From positions 1 through 54,262 of the forward strand of contig CALVXR010000094.1 of the NCBI GenBank assembly GCA_944371445.1: DNA of 54,262 nucleotides, read 5' to 3'. This DNA comes from an uncultured Bacilli bacterium (lineage in GTDB: Bacteria > Bacillota_I > Bacilli_A > RF39 > UBA660). A model generated the notes under the pieces. That model did no database searches and was not told the DNA's origin. It was given only the letters and a program-made list of their open reading frames with translations. This document shows, piece by piece, positions 37,602 to 46,030 of this stretch. Position numbers and translations under genes: made by a program. How positions within the stretch are numbered: position 1 is the stretch's first letter; every line of letters begins with the position of its first letter.

Positions 37602-38063
37602 ATGAATTATATTTTATATAACAAAAACAAATTAAATGATAAAATTGTGCAAGAAAAAATCCTATCTTTTTTTAATTTAAACTATAAATCATTTATATAT
37701 TTTTTAGATATTAAAAATGATACAATACATTACTTATTATTTGGTAAAAAAATAGAATTAATACAAATTATTTTTCAAAAAAAAGTATGGAATTATAAAA
37801 ATAATATTTCTATTTTAGAAGAAGCTTTAAATAGAAAAAAATATGTTAAAAATTATATTTCTTATATAGATAAAATAACTCAGTATAACCTATTATTATT
37901 TGATAATAATTATAATTATGAAGTCAAAGATTGGTATTTTAAAGATAGCAATAATTATTTTACTAGTGATATATATTCTATTCTTTTATATAATTTATAT
38001 TTTATAGAAAAAAAAGAAAATTTTAAATATAAAGAACTTTCTAATTTTATATATAATTTATAA
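37602..38063 (+). CDS. Hypothetical Asn/Tyr/Lys-rich protein (the only + strand ORF left of oriC)
   Basis: ATG at 37602 lies 6 nt after GAGGTGG. The longest ORF starts with GTG at 37575. No family recognised. Its 3' end overlaps the rsmG 3' end by 6 nt. Confidence 0.4.
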   Translation: MNYILYNKNKLNDKIVQEKILSFFNLNYKSFIYFLDIKNDTIHYLLFGKKIELIQIIFQKKVWNYKNNISILEEALNRKKYVKNYISYIDKITQYNLLLFDNNYNYEVKDWYFKDSNNYFTSDIYSILLYNLYFIEKKENFKYKELSNFIYNL

Positions 38064-38762
38064 TGGTTTTTTCTTAATATCACTATATTTTCTAGGATAT
38101 TTTTTATCTGTTTCTTTTAATTTTTTAAAAACTGGTATTGTTCTTTCACTATTTTCTATAGGAAGATAAAATCTATTTATTTTTTCTAGTTTAATATTTA
38201 ATATTTTTTCTTCTTTATCTATATTTATAAGTTCACTATCTATGCTTGCTTTTAATGGAGCAAATACACCACCTACTTTTACAAGTGGAATAGAATATTC
38301 AAGTAAGATAGGAAGACGTGCTACTGCTCTACATGTTACTAAATCAAACTTTTCTCTTACTTTTTTAGCATATTCTTCTGCCCTTTCATTATATACTTCT
38401 ATATTTTTTAATTCTAATTCTTTTATAACTTCTTTTAAGAAAATTATTCTTTTGTTAAGTGAATCTACTAGAGTTATATGAATATTTGGAAAAACTATTT
38501 TAAGAACTATTCCAGGAAATCCAGCACCAGTTCCTATGTCACATAATGAATTTATCTCTTTTAAATTTATATATTTATTTAAAGTTAAACTATCATAAAA
38601 GTGTTTTAAATAAACATCTTTTTTTTCTGTTATACCTGTTAAATTTATTTTTTCATTCCATTCTATTAATAATTTATAGTAATTTTCTAGTTTTTTTAAT
38701 TTTTCTTCATCTATGTCTATATTAAGTTCTTTTAAAGCATCTATAAATTCATTAGTTTGCAT
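38058..38762 (-). CDS. rsmG: 16S rRNA (guanine527-N7)-methyltransferase RsmG (GidB)
   Basis: 234 aa. Contains DIGTGAGFPG and CRAVA, and lies downstream of mnmG. Confidence 0.93.
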   Translation of the reverse strand: MQTNEFIDALKELNIDIDEEKLKKLENYYKLLIEWNEKINLTGITEKKDVYLKHFYDSLTLNKYINLKEINSLCDIGTGAGFPGIVLKIVFPNIHITLVDSLNKRIIFLKEVIKELELKNIEVYNERAEEYAKKVREKFDLVTCRAVARLPILLEYSIPLVKVGGVFAPLKASIDSELINIDKEEKILNIKLEKINRFYLPIENSERTIPVFKKLKETDKKYPRKYSDIKKKPL

Positions 38763-40620
38763 TTTTTACTCCTTTTTTTATATATACCATTAAAATAGCT
38801 ATATCAGATGGATTTACACCACTTATTCTAGTTGCTTGTCCTATTGAGGTAGGTCTTATTTCTTTTAGTTTTTCTCTTGCTTCACTTGCTATATTTTTTA
38901 TATCATCATAGTTTATATTTTCAGGTATTTTTTTATTTTCAAGTTCAACCATTTTTCTAGCTTCTTCTTCTGTTTTCTTTAAATAACCTTCATATTTATT
39001 CATAAGTTCTACTTGATTTTTTATTTCTTCTTCATATGGTATATCTATAAAATGAGTTATATTTTCCATATTGAATTCTTGTCTTTTAAGCAAGTTATAA
39101 AGTGTTATTGAGTCTTTTAATATAGGACTTCCTACTTTTTCAAAATATTCATTTACTTCTTTTTTAGGAGTTATTTTTGTTTCTTTTAGTAAATTTATTA
39201 ATTCATTTATTTTATTTTTTTTATCTATTAATTTTTTATATCTTTCTTCATCTATTAAACCTACTTTATAACCATATTCTCTTAATCTTAAATCAGCATT
39301 ATCGTTTCTTAAAAGCAATCTATATTCTGCTCTTGATGTAAGCATTCTATAAGGATCTCTTACTCCTTTAGTAATTAGATCATCTATTAGAACTCCTATA
39401 TATCCATCATTTCTTTTAAGTATTAATGGTTCTTTTTCTTCTATTTTAAGTGCAGCATTTATACCGGCTATTAAGCCTTGACAAGCAGCTTCTTCATAAC
39501 CGCTTGTTCCATTTATTTGTCCTGCAGTAAATAAGTTTTCAATTATTTTTGTTTCTAGAGATTGTTTAAGCTGTGTTGGATATATTGCATCATATTCAAT
39601 CGCATAACCATATTTTACTATTTTAGCATTTTCAAGTCCTGCTAGACTATGCACCATTTCTTCTTGTACTTCTTCTGGCATACTTGTTGAAAATCCTTGA
39701 AGATATATTTCATCATAATATAAACTTTCTGGTTCTATGAATAGTTGATGTCTTTCTTTATCAGCAAATCTTACTACTTTATCTTCAATAGATGGACAGT
39801 ATCTTGGACCTATTCCTTTTATATCATCTAGTCCTCCATACATACTTGATTTATTTAAGTTATCTCTTATTATTTTATGAGTTTTTTCATTTGTATAAGT
39901 TAAGTAACAAGGTACTTGTTTATCTACTTCATAAAAACCTTTATGGTCATGACTAAATGTATATAATTTATCAGCACCTTCTTCAAGTGATACTTTAGAA
40001 TAATCTATAGAATTTTTATCTATTCTTTGTGGTGTTCCTGTTTTAAGTCTTATTATTTTAAAACCTAGTCTTTTTAGATTATCACTTAAAAACATTGATG
40101 GTTTCTCACCATGTGGACCTGATCTAGTTCTAGAACTTCCTCTTAAAATATCTGCTTTCATATATGTTCCAGTAGTTAAAACAACTGCTTTTGCTTCAAT
40201 TTTTTCACCATTTTCAAGTACTACACCATATATTTTGTTATCTTTTACAAGTAAGTCTTCTACTAAACTTTCTTTTATATCTAAGTTAGGTGTATTAAAA
40301 AGTGTTTTTTGCATTTCTTTAGGATATGTTACTTTATCTGCTTGTGCTCTAAGTGATTGTACTGCTGGTCCTTTTTTAAAGTTTAACATTTTCATTTGTA
40401 ATAATGTTTTATCGGCGTTGTATCCCATTTCCCCACCTAAAGCATCTATTTCTCTTACTATTATTCCTTTAGCACTTCCACCAATTGATGGATTACAAGG
40501 CATAGTAGCTATATTTTCTATTCTACCTGTTATAAGTAATGTTTTATGATTTTTACGAGCTGCTGCAAGTGCTGCTTCACATCCAGCGTGTCCTCCACCT
40601 ACTACTATTATTTCATACAT
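38752..40620 (-). CDS. mnmG: tRNA uridine 5-carboxymethylaminomethyl modification enzyme MnmG (GidA)
   Basis: The ATG at 40620 follows AGAGGTGGA and gives MYEIIVVGGGHAGCEA. The longest ORF starts at 40644. Confidence 0.97.
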   Translation of the reverse strand: MYEIIVVGGGHAGCEAALAAARKNHKTLLITGRIENIATMPCNPSIGGSAKGIIVREIDALGGEMGYNADKTLLQMKMLNFKKGPAVQSLRAQADKVTYPKEMQKTLFNTPNLDIKESLVEDLLVKDNKIYGVVLENGEKIEAKAVVLTTGTYMKADILRGSSRTRSGPHGEKPSMFLSDNLKRLGFKIIRLKTGTPQRIDKNSIDYSKVSLEEGADKLYTFSHDHKGFYEVDKQVPCYLTYTNEKTHKIIRDNLNKSSMYGGLDDIKGIGPRYCPSIEDKVVRFADKERHQLFIEPESLYYDEIYLQGFSTSMPEEVQEEMVHSLAGLENAKIVKYGYAIEYDAIYPTQLKQSLETKIIENLFTAGQINGTSGYEEAACQGLIAGINAALKIEEKEPLILKRNDGYIGVLIDDLITKGVRDPYRMLTSRAEYRLLLRNDNADLRLREYGYKVGLIDEERYKKLIDKKNKINELINLLKETKITPKKEVNEYFEKVGSPILKDSITLYNLLKRQEFNMENITHFIDIPYEEEIKNQVELMNKYEGYLKKTEEEARKMVELENKKIPENINYDDIKNIASEAREKLKEIRPTSIGQATRISGVNPSDIAILMVYIKKGVKNAN

Positions 40621-40644
40621 ACTTCCACCTCTTTTGCTTTTCAT

Positions 40645-40673
40645 ATTATACTAGTTTTTTTATAAAAATACAA
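40645..40673 (-). promoter_or_regulatory. Sigma-A-type promoter for mnmG-rsmG
   Basis: On the - strand: TTGTAT (40673-40668), 17-nt spacer, TATAAT (40650-40645). Confidence 0.5.
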
Positions 40674-40697
40674 ATAAAAAAAGACAATAATGTCTTT
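40672..40697 (-). terminator. Rho-independent terminator overlapping the ZIP gene stop
   Basis: AAAGACA (40680-40686) / TGTCTTT (40691-40697), followed by a T-run on the - strand. Confidence 0.6.
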
Positions 40698-41508
40698 AAC
40701 CTAAAGCTACATCTAATATCATCATTACAGAAAAACCTATTAAAGTAAATAAAGCCATTAAATCTTTACTTTTATTTGTTTGACTTTCTGGTATTAATTC
40801 TTCTACTACTACATATATCATAGCACCTGCTGCAAATGAAAGTAAAAATGGAAGTAAATACTGCACTTTTAAAACAAGTAATGCTCCAAGTAAAGCTGAT
40901 ATTGGCTCTACTATACCACTTAAACTTCCAAGTAAAAATGATTTAGTTCTAGAGTGTCCTTCTCTTCTAAGTGGAATAGATACTGCACTTCCCTCTGGAA
41001 AATTTTGAAGACCAATTCCAAGTGCTAATACAATAGCAGACGCAATTGTATTTCCAGCTATTCCATAATACACAGAACCAAAAGCTACACCTACTGCTAA
41101 ACCTTCTGGTATATTATGAAGAGTTATTGAAAAAATAAGCATTAAACATCTTTTAAATCCATCTTTTCTATTTTCATTTCTTTTTTTAGGATGTTTTTTT
41201 ATATAATATCTGTATATATTATCTCCTATATATAATATAAGACCTCCACTAAAAAATCCTAGGAATGCTATTAACCAAGAATTTAATTTTAAATTTTCAG
41301 CCATTTCTATTCCAGGGGAAAGTAATGACCAAAAAGATGCTGCTATCATAACGCCTGCTGCAAATCCAAGCATTCCATCCATTATTGTTTTATTTATTTT
41401 TTTAAAGAAAAATACAACTCCTGCTCCAAGTGCAGTTATAGAGAATGTAAATAATCCTGCTATAAAAGCACACAAAACTGGATTTGTATTTTCTAAAAAA
41501 TTAACCAT
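40696..41508 (-). CDS. ZIP-family divalent metal transporter (ZupT-like)
   Basis: 270 aa. Polytopic, with HNIPEGLAVG and QNFPEG motifs. Confidence 0.88.
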   Translation of the reverse strand: MVNFLENTNPVLCAFIAGLFTFSITALGAGVVFFFKKINKTIMDGMLGFAAGVMIAASFWSLLSPGIEMAENLKLNSWLIAFLGFFSGGLILYIGDNIYRYYIKKHPKKRNENRKDGFKRCLMLIFSITLHNIPEGLAVGVAFGSVYYGIAGNTIASAIVLALGIGLQNFPEGSAVSIPLRREGHSRTKSFLLGSLSGIVEPISALLGALLVLKVQYLLPFLLSFAAGAMIYVVVEELIPESQTNKSKDLMALFTLIGFSVMMILDVALG

Positions 41509-41518
41509 AGATCACCTC

Positions 41519-42877
41519 TTATTTACCTAAACAAAATTGACTAAATAGTTGATCTATAAGTTCATTAGTATATGTTTCTCCTATTATTTCCCCTAAAGTA
41601 TTCCAAGCTTCTTTTAAATCTATTTCTGCTATGTCTATAGGCATTTCGTTTTCTAAAGATTCTATAGAACTTTCTATACTATTAAGTGATTTTTTAAGAA
41701 GTGCTATACTCCTAGCATTAGTTAAATAAGTTGGATTTTCTTTTTCTAGTACTTCTAATTCATACATTTTTATTATTTTATCTTTTAATTCTTTTATTCC
41801 TCTGTTTTCTATAGTACTCATATATACTATATTATCTTTATTATCTAATTTATTTTCATCTAATTTTTTATCTAAATCTATTTTATTAATTATAACAATA
41901 TGATTTTTTTCTTTTACTTTTTCATATATTTCCATATCTTCTTTAGTTATTTCTTCATTATTATTTAAAACAAATAAAACAAGTTCTGCTTTATCAATAA
42001 GTTCATAACTTTTCTTAACACCAATATGTTCTACTTTATCATCTGTTTTTCTAATACCAGCAGTATCTATCATGTTAAGCATAACACCATCTAAATTAAT
42101 AGTTCCTTCTACTATATCTCTAGTAGTACCTGGAATATCTGTTACAATAGCTTTTTCTTCTTCTAATAAAGCATTAAGTAAACTACTTTTTCCTACATTT
42201 GGTCTACCTACTATAGAAGTTGTTATACCTTCTTTTATTATTTTAGCACTTTTACTTTCTTTAAGTATTTTATACATTTCTTCTTTTATTTTATTTAAAT
42301 TTGGAAGTAATTCACTTTCAGTAAGTACTTTTATATCATTATATTCTGGATAATCAATATTAACTTCTATATTAGCAAGTATTTCTACTATTTTACTTCT
42401 TAAATCATGAATCATTTTAGAAGTACTACCACTTAACTGTTTTATAGCTAAATTCATACTTTTTTCTGTTTTTGATTCAATTAAATCCATTACACCTTCT
42501 GCTTCTATTAAATCAATTCTTCCATTTAAAAAGGCTCTTTTTGTAAATTCTCCAGGTTCAGCAAGTCTACATCCATTTATTAATAGTAATTCAAGTACTT
42601 TTTTAGTAGGAGCTATTCCACCATGGCAGTTTATTTCTACTACATCTTCAGTTGTAAAACTTTTTGGTCCTTTCATAATACTTACTAAAACCTCATCAAC
42701 TATTTTATCACTATCCATTATATGTCCATAGTTTATAGTATGTGTAGGCACTTTACTTAAATCTTTTCCTTTAAATATTTTATTTACTATATTAATTGAA
42801 TCTGCTCCACTTACTCTTATTATAGATATAGATCCTATTCCAAGAGAAGTTGCGATTGCAGCTATTGTATCATTCAT
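41519..42877 (-). CDS. mnmE: tRNA modification GTPase MnmE (TrmE)
   Basis: 452 aa. G-domain GRPNVGKSS and DTAG, with the C-terminal FCLGK. Confidence 0.97.
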   Translation of the reverse strand: MNDTIAAIATSLGIGSISIIRVSGADSINIVNKIFKGKDLSKVPTHTINYGHIMDSDKIVDEVLVSIMKGPKSFTTEDVVEINCHGGIAPTKKVLELLLINGCRLAEPGEFTKRAFLNGRIDLIEAEGVMDLIESKTEKSMNLAIKQLSGSTSKMIHDLRSKIVEILANIEVNIDYPEYNDIKVLTESELLPNLNKIKEEMYKILKESKSAKIIKEGITTSIVGRPNVGKSSLLNALLEEEKAIVTDIPGTTRDIVEGTINLDGVMLNMIDTAGIRKTDDKVEHIGVKKSYELIDKAELVLFVLNNNEEITKEDMEIYEKVKEKNHIVIINKIDLDKKLDENKLDNKDNIVYMSTIENRGIKELKDKIIKMYELEVLEKENPTYLTNARSIALLKKSLNSIESSIESLENEMPIDIAEIDLKEAWNTLGEIIGETYTNELIDQLFSQFCLGK

Positions 42878-42881
42878 AAAA

Positions 42882-43391
42882 TCACTTCTTTCTTTTTTTT
42901 AATCCTAAATACATAGGTAAATCTTTAGGGCGTGCAAATACAGACATAGAAACGTATTTATCTGCCATTGTAACAACCCAGCTTTCTGGATATTTAGGAG
43001 GTTTTATATTAAGAGGAAACATATGTCTTATTATTATATTTTTTATTTTTGGTGTCATTAGATGAGGAAATTCTCTTTTAGCATTCTTATAAGCCTCAAA
43101 AGCATGAACAAATCCATGCATATCTCTAAATCTTTTAGGTTTCTCTGCATTTTGCCAAGGTTTATCATAAAAGTCATGTAAAAGTCCACCTATTGCAGCA
43201 CTTTGTGCATCTAAATGAAGTTTTTTTGCCCATCTGTATGAGAGGAATGCTACTTTCATAGAATGGTCATAAACACTTTCATCTCCATGATGAGGAAAAT
43301 TTTTTCTTCTTTTAAATTCTTCATTATTAAGTATTTCTGAAACTATTTTTAAAAATTCTATTTTTGTATATTTATATTTTTCTTTATTCAT
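42882..43391 (-). CDS. HD-domain phosphohydrolase
   Basis: 169 aa. Contains H..ESVYDHS and GGLLHDF. Confidence 0.78.
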   Translation of the reverse strand: MNKEKYKYTKIEFLKIVSEILNNEEFKRRKNFPHHGDESVYDHSMKVAFLSYRWAKKLHLDAQSAAIGGLLHDFYDKPWQNAEKPKRFRDMHGFVHAFEAYKNAKREFPHLMTPKIKNIIIRHMFPLNIKPPKYPESWVVTMADKYVSMSVFARPKDLPMYLGLKKRKK

Positions 43392-43414
43392 AAAAGTCCC
43401 CTTTTCTATATGAT

Positions 43415-43443
43415 ATTATATATAATTTTTTATAAAAATACAA
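43415..43443 (-). promoter_or_regulatory. Sigma-A-type promoter for the HD-mnmE-ZIP unit
   Basis: On the - strand: TTGTAT (43443-43438), 17-nt spacer, TATAAT (43420-43415). It shares a 19-nt identical core with the mnmG promoter. Confidence 0.5.
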
Positions 43444-43449
43444 ACAAAA

Positions 43450-43472
43450 AGAAAAAAGAACGCAAGGTTCTT
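43450..43472 (-). terminator. Hairpin terminator overlapping the jag stop
   Basis: AAGAAC (43456-43461) / GTTCTT (43467-43472), followed by a T-rich tail on the - strand. Confidence 0.45.
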
Positions 43473-44079
43473 AATCTTTGTATTTAATTACTGTACATCT
43501 ATTAGGTTCTTCTCCAACACTTTCAGTCTCTAAATCAGCATATTCATTAATAATATTATGAACAAATCTTCTTTCATAAGAATTCATAGGATCTAATTTA
43601 GCATCCACTTTAGAATTAATTACTTCTTTAGCAACTCTTCTAACGACTTTTTCTAATTTATTTAATTGTTTTTCTCTGTAACCTGATACATCTATATTTA
43701 CTTTAATATGCATATCCGTTTTAATATTTAACATACTTCTTACTAATGTTTGTAAAGATCTCATTGTTTTACCATCTTTACCTATTAAAATAGAATTATT
43801 ATTAGAATCTAAATATACTTTAAATATATTATCTTCTTCTTCTACTTTAGTTTCTATTTTTATATTCATTAAATTTCCTGTTTCTAAGATAAAAGATTTA
43901 ATTTCATTTTTAATTTCTTCTTTAGTTACAAGAACTATATTATACTTTGATTTTTTTAAAAGACCTTTTGTTTCTTCTTCTATATTATAAATAACTTCTC
44001 TTTCACTTGCATTTGCTTCTTCTAATGCTTTATTTAAAACAGATTCTTTTGTTTTTCCTTCTAACTTTATTATATTCAT
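43471..44079 (-). CDS. jag: Jag/KhpB RNA-binding protein (Jag_N, KH, R3H)
   Basis: 202 aa. The C-terminal R3H motif is L.PMNSYERRFVH. It lies downstream of yidC. Confidence 0.9.
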   Translation of the reverse strand: MNIIKLEGKTKESVLNKALEEANASEREVIYNIEEETKGLLKKSKYNIVLVTKEEIKNEIKSFILETGNLMNIKIETKVEEEDNIFKVYLDSNNNSILIGKDGKTMRSLQTLVRSMLNIKTDMHIKVNIDVSGYREKQLNKLEKVVRRVAKEVINSKVDAKLDPMNSYERRFVHNIINEYADLETESVGEEPNRCTVIKYKD

Positions 44080-44081
44080 TA

Positions 44082-45020
44082 TTACTTCTCCTTTTTTACA
44101 ATTAAATTTTGAACTATTGTAAATGTACTATTTGTTATCCAGTATAAAGCAATTCCAACACTTACTGATAAAGATGCAATAGAAATAAATATTATCATCA
44201 TATTAGTCATCATTTTCATTTGTTTTTCTTGTTCTTCGCTCATAGCGGCTGTTTTATTTAATTTAATAGAAAAATATGTTGCAGCTATTACTAAAACAAT
44301 TATAATTACATAAGCAAAATTTCCTTTTGAAAAAGCTGCCATTGGACTTGTTCCTAAATGAAATATTAAGAATTTATCTTCAAATAAAGCTGGAATTCTA
44401 CTAAGTGATTCATAGAATGCAAAGAAAAGTGGTATTTGTAAAAATGAAAATAAACATCCTGACATTGGATTAATATTATACTCTTTATAAACATTCATCA
44501 TTTCTTGAGATTTTTGCATCATTACTGCTTGATCATTCATATTTTTATTTTTATATTTTTTCTCTATATTTTGAAGTGCTGGTTGAGCTTTCTTCATATT
44601 TTCAGATTGTACTGCTGTTTTTTTAGTAATTGGATATAATATTAAGCGAATTAATATAGTTATTAAAATAACTGCAAGTCCATAACTTTTTATAAGCTCC
44701 CCTACTTTTATAATAAACCAAGCTAGAGGTTTTATAAATACAGTTGTCCAGATACCTTCATAACCACCATCTGTTATTTTAAATTCCGAACATTTTGGTA
44801 ACTTATCTACATCTACACCATTTGCCTTATATTGTTTTATAGTTTCCTTTGTTTCTTTGCTATTACCTTCTGGCTTACATATAATATTTGCTGTTAAACT
44901 TTGTCCTGTAATATTATTAACAACTGGTTTTTTATCTTTATCTTTAAGTACTTGAGTACATCCAGTTAAAGAAATAACCATAACTAATATTACAGATAAT
45001 TTTAGTAGTTTATTTTTCAT
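44082..45020 (-). CDS. yidC: YidC/SpoIIIJ membrane-protein insertase (lipoprotein)
   Basis: 312 aa. Lipobox LTGC and a conserved polytopic core (..LYPIT..Q...M...QP). Confidence 0.93.
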   Translation of the reverse strand: MKNKLLKLSVILVMVISLTGCTQVLKDKDKKPVVNNITGQSLTANIICKPEGNSKETKETIKQYKANGVDVDKLPKCSEFKITDGGYEGIWTTVFIKPLAWFIIKVGELIKSYGLAVILITILIRLILYPITKKTAVQSENMKKAQPALQNIEKKYKNKNMNDQAVMMQKSQEMMNVYKEYNINPMSGCLFSFLQIPLFFAFYESLSRIPALFEDKFLIFHLGTSPMAAFSKGNFAYVIIIVLVIAATYFSIKLNKTAAMSEEQEKQMKMMTNMMIIFISIASLSVSVGIALYWITNSTFTIVQNLIVKKEK

Positions 45021-45357
45021 AACATTCTCCTTTTAATATATTTAATTTTTTACATAATTTAAATAAATCTGTTTCCATTTCATTAAAACTTCTATCTAAG
45101 ATGCTCTTTCTAACTATTATAATACAATTAAAATTATTTTGATAGATATTTTTATCTAAAATATTTTTTATTCTTCTCTTTATCTTATTTCTTACAACAG
45201 CTTTTCCTATTTTTTTAGAAACAGAAAATCCAAAATGATAAATATCATTAGTATTCTTTTCTATATATATTATATAATCCTTATATTTAATAGAATTATT
45301 ATTTTTAATTATTCTAGAAAATTCCCTACTTTCTTTTAAGATATTTATTTTCTTCAT
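45010..45357 (-). CDS. rnpA: Ribonuclease P protein component
   Basis: The ATG at 45357 follows GGAGTG. Contains GFSVSKKIGKAVVRNKIKRR and lies downstream of rpmH. Confidence 0.9.
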   Translation of the reverse strand: MKKINILKESREFSRIIKNNNSIKYKDYIIYIEKNTNDIYHFGFSVSKKIGKAVVRNKIKRRIKNILDKNIYQNNFNCIIIVRKSILDRSFNEMETDLFKLCKKLNILKGECYEK

Positions 45358-45371
45358 ATATAAGCACTCCA

Positions 45372-45401
45372 ATCAAAAAACCCACTGAAATATTTCAGTG
45401 G
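45372..45401 (-). terminator. Hairpin plus T6 between rpmH and rnpA (probable partial terminator)
   Basis: CCACTGA (45382-45388) / TCAGTGG (45395-45401), followed by GTTTTTT on the - strand. Confidence 0.5.
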
Positions 45402-45407
45402 TCATAA

Positions 45408-45530
45408 TTAATGAACTAAAGCTTTACGTCCTTTTCTTCTACGACGTGAAATAATATTATTTTTCATACGAGCGAAAAATCCTTGTTTTTTAGCTTTTTT
45501 TCTATTATTTGGTTGATATGTTCTTTTCAT
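45408..45530 (-). CDS. rpmH: 50S ribosomal protein L34
   Basis: Not in the ORF track because it is under 60 aa. Hand translation gives [40 protein letters not shown]. Confidence 0.95.
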   Translation of the reverse strand: MKRTYQPNNRKKAKKQGFFARMKNNIISRRRRKGRKALVH

Positions 45531-45574
45531 CTATAAACACCTCCTAATTTTTTATAATCTCTGTCGCTTTCATA

Positions 45575-45603
45575 ATTATATAGATAAAAACTCATTTTGT
45601 CAA
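45575..45603 (-). promoter_or_regulatory. Consensus sigma-A promoter of rpmH
   Basis: On the - strand: TTGACA (45603-45598), exactly 17 nt of spacer, TATAAT (45580-45575). Confidence 0.7.
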
Positions 45604-45605
45604 AT

Positions 45606-45650
45606 AAAATTTTAACTTTAAAACAAAATTTTAACTTTAAAACAAAATTT
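45606..45650. repeat. 2.4 copies of a 19-bp AT-rich tandem repeat (AAAATTTTAACTTTAAAAC)
   Basis: Perfect copies at 45606-45624 and 45625-45643, with a partial third copy to 45650. It sits between the rpmH -35 and the first DnaA box. Confidence 0.85.
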
Positions 45651-45654
45651 ATAC

Positions 45655-45983
45655 TGTGGAAAATAAAACAATTTTATATTTTTATATTTTTTCCACAATA
45701 TTCGACAAAATCAAACATAGTTTTGTGTTTATAATTATTGTGGATAATTGTATAAAAAATTCTATATAAATAAAGGTTTTTTCCTTATATTTACTGTTAT
45801 CCACAGTAAAAGTGGAATATTAATTAACACTTATTTTATTATGTATATTAGTTTTCCACATTTTTGTTGAAAACTCTATTTTTTCTTTATAAATAAAGAA
45901 GTTATAAAGTGGATAATTAAGTGGAATAGATGTGGATACTAATTTTTTCCACTTTTTCCTTATTTTTCCTTGTTTTTTCCACA
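45655..45983. promoter_or_regulatory. oriC part 1: DnaA-box cluster upstream of dnaA
   Basis: Perfect TTATCCACA boxes at 45739-45747 (reverse) and 45797-45805. One-mismatch boxes at 45655-63, 45689-97, 45852-60, 45908-16, 45931-39 and 45975-83. Confidence 0.85.
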
Positions 45984-46030
45984 TTTTTGCATTAAAATAG
46001 TAGGTAATGAAAAGACGGAAATAGTAGGGG

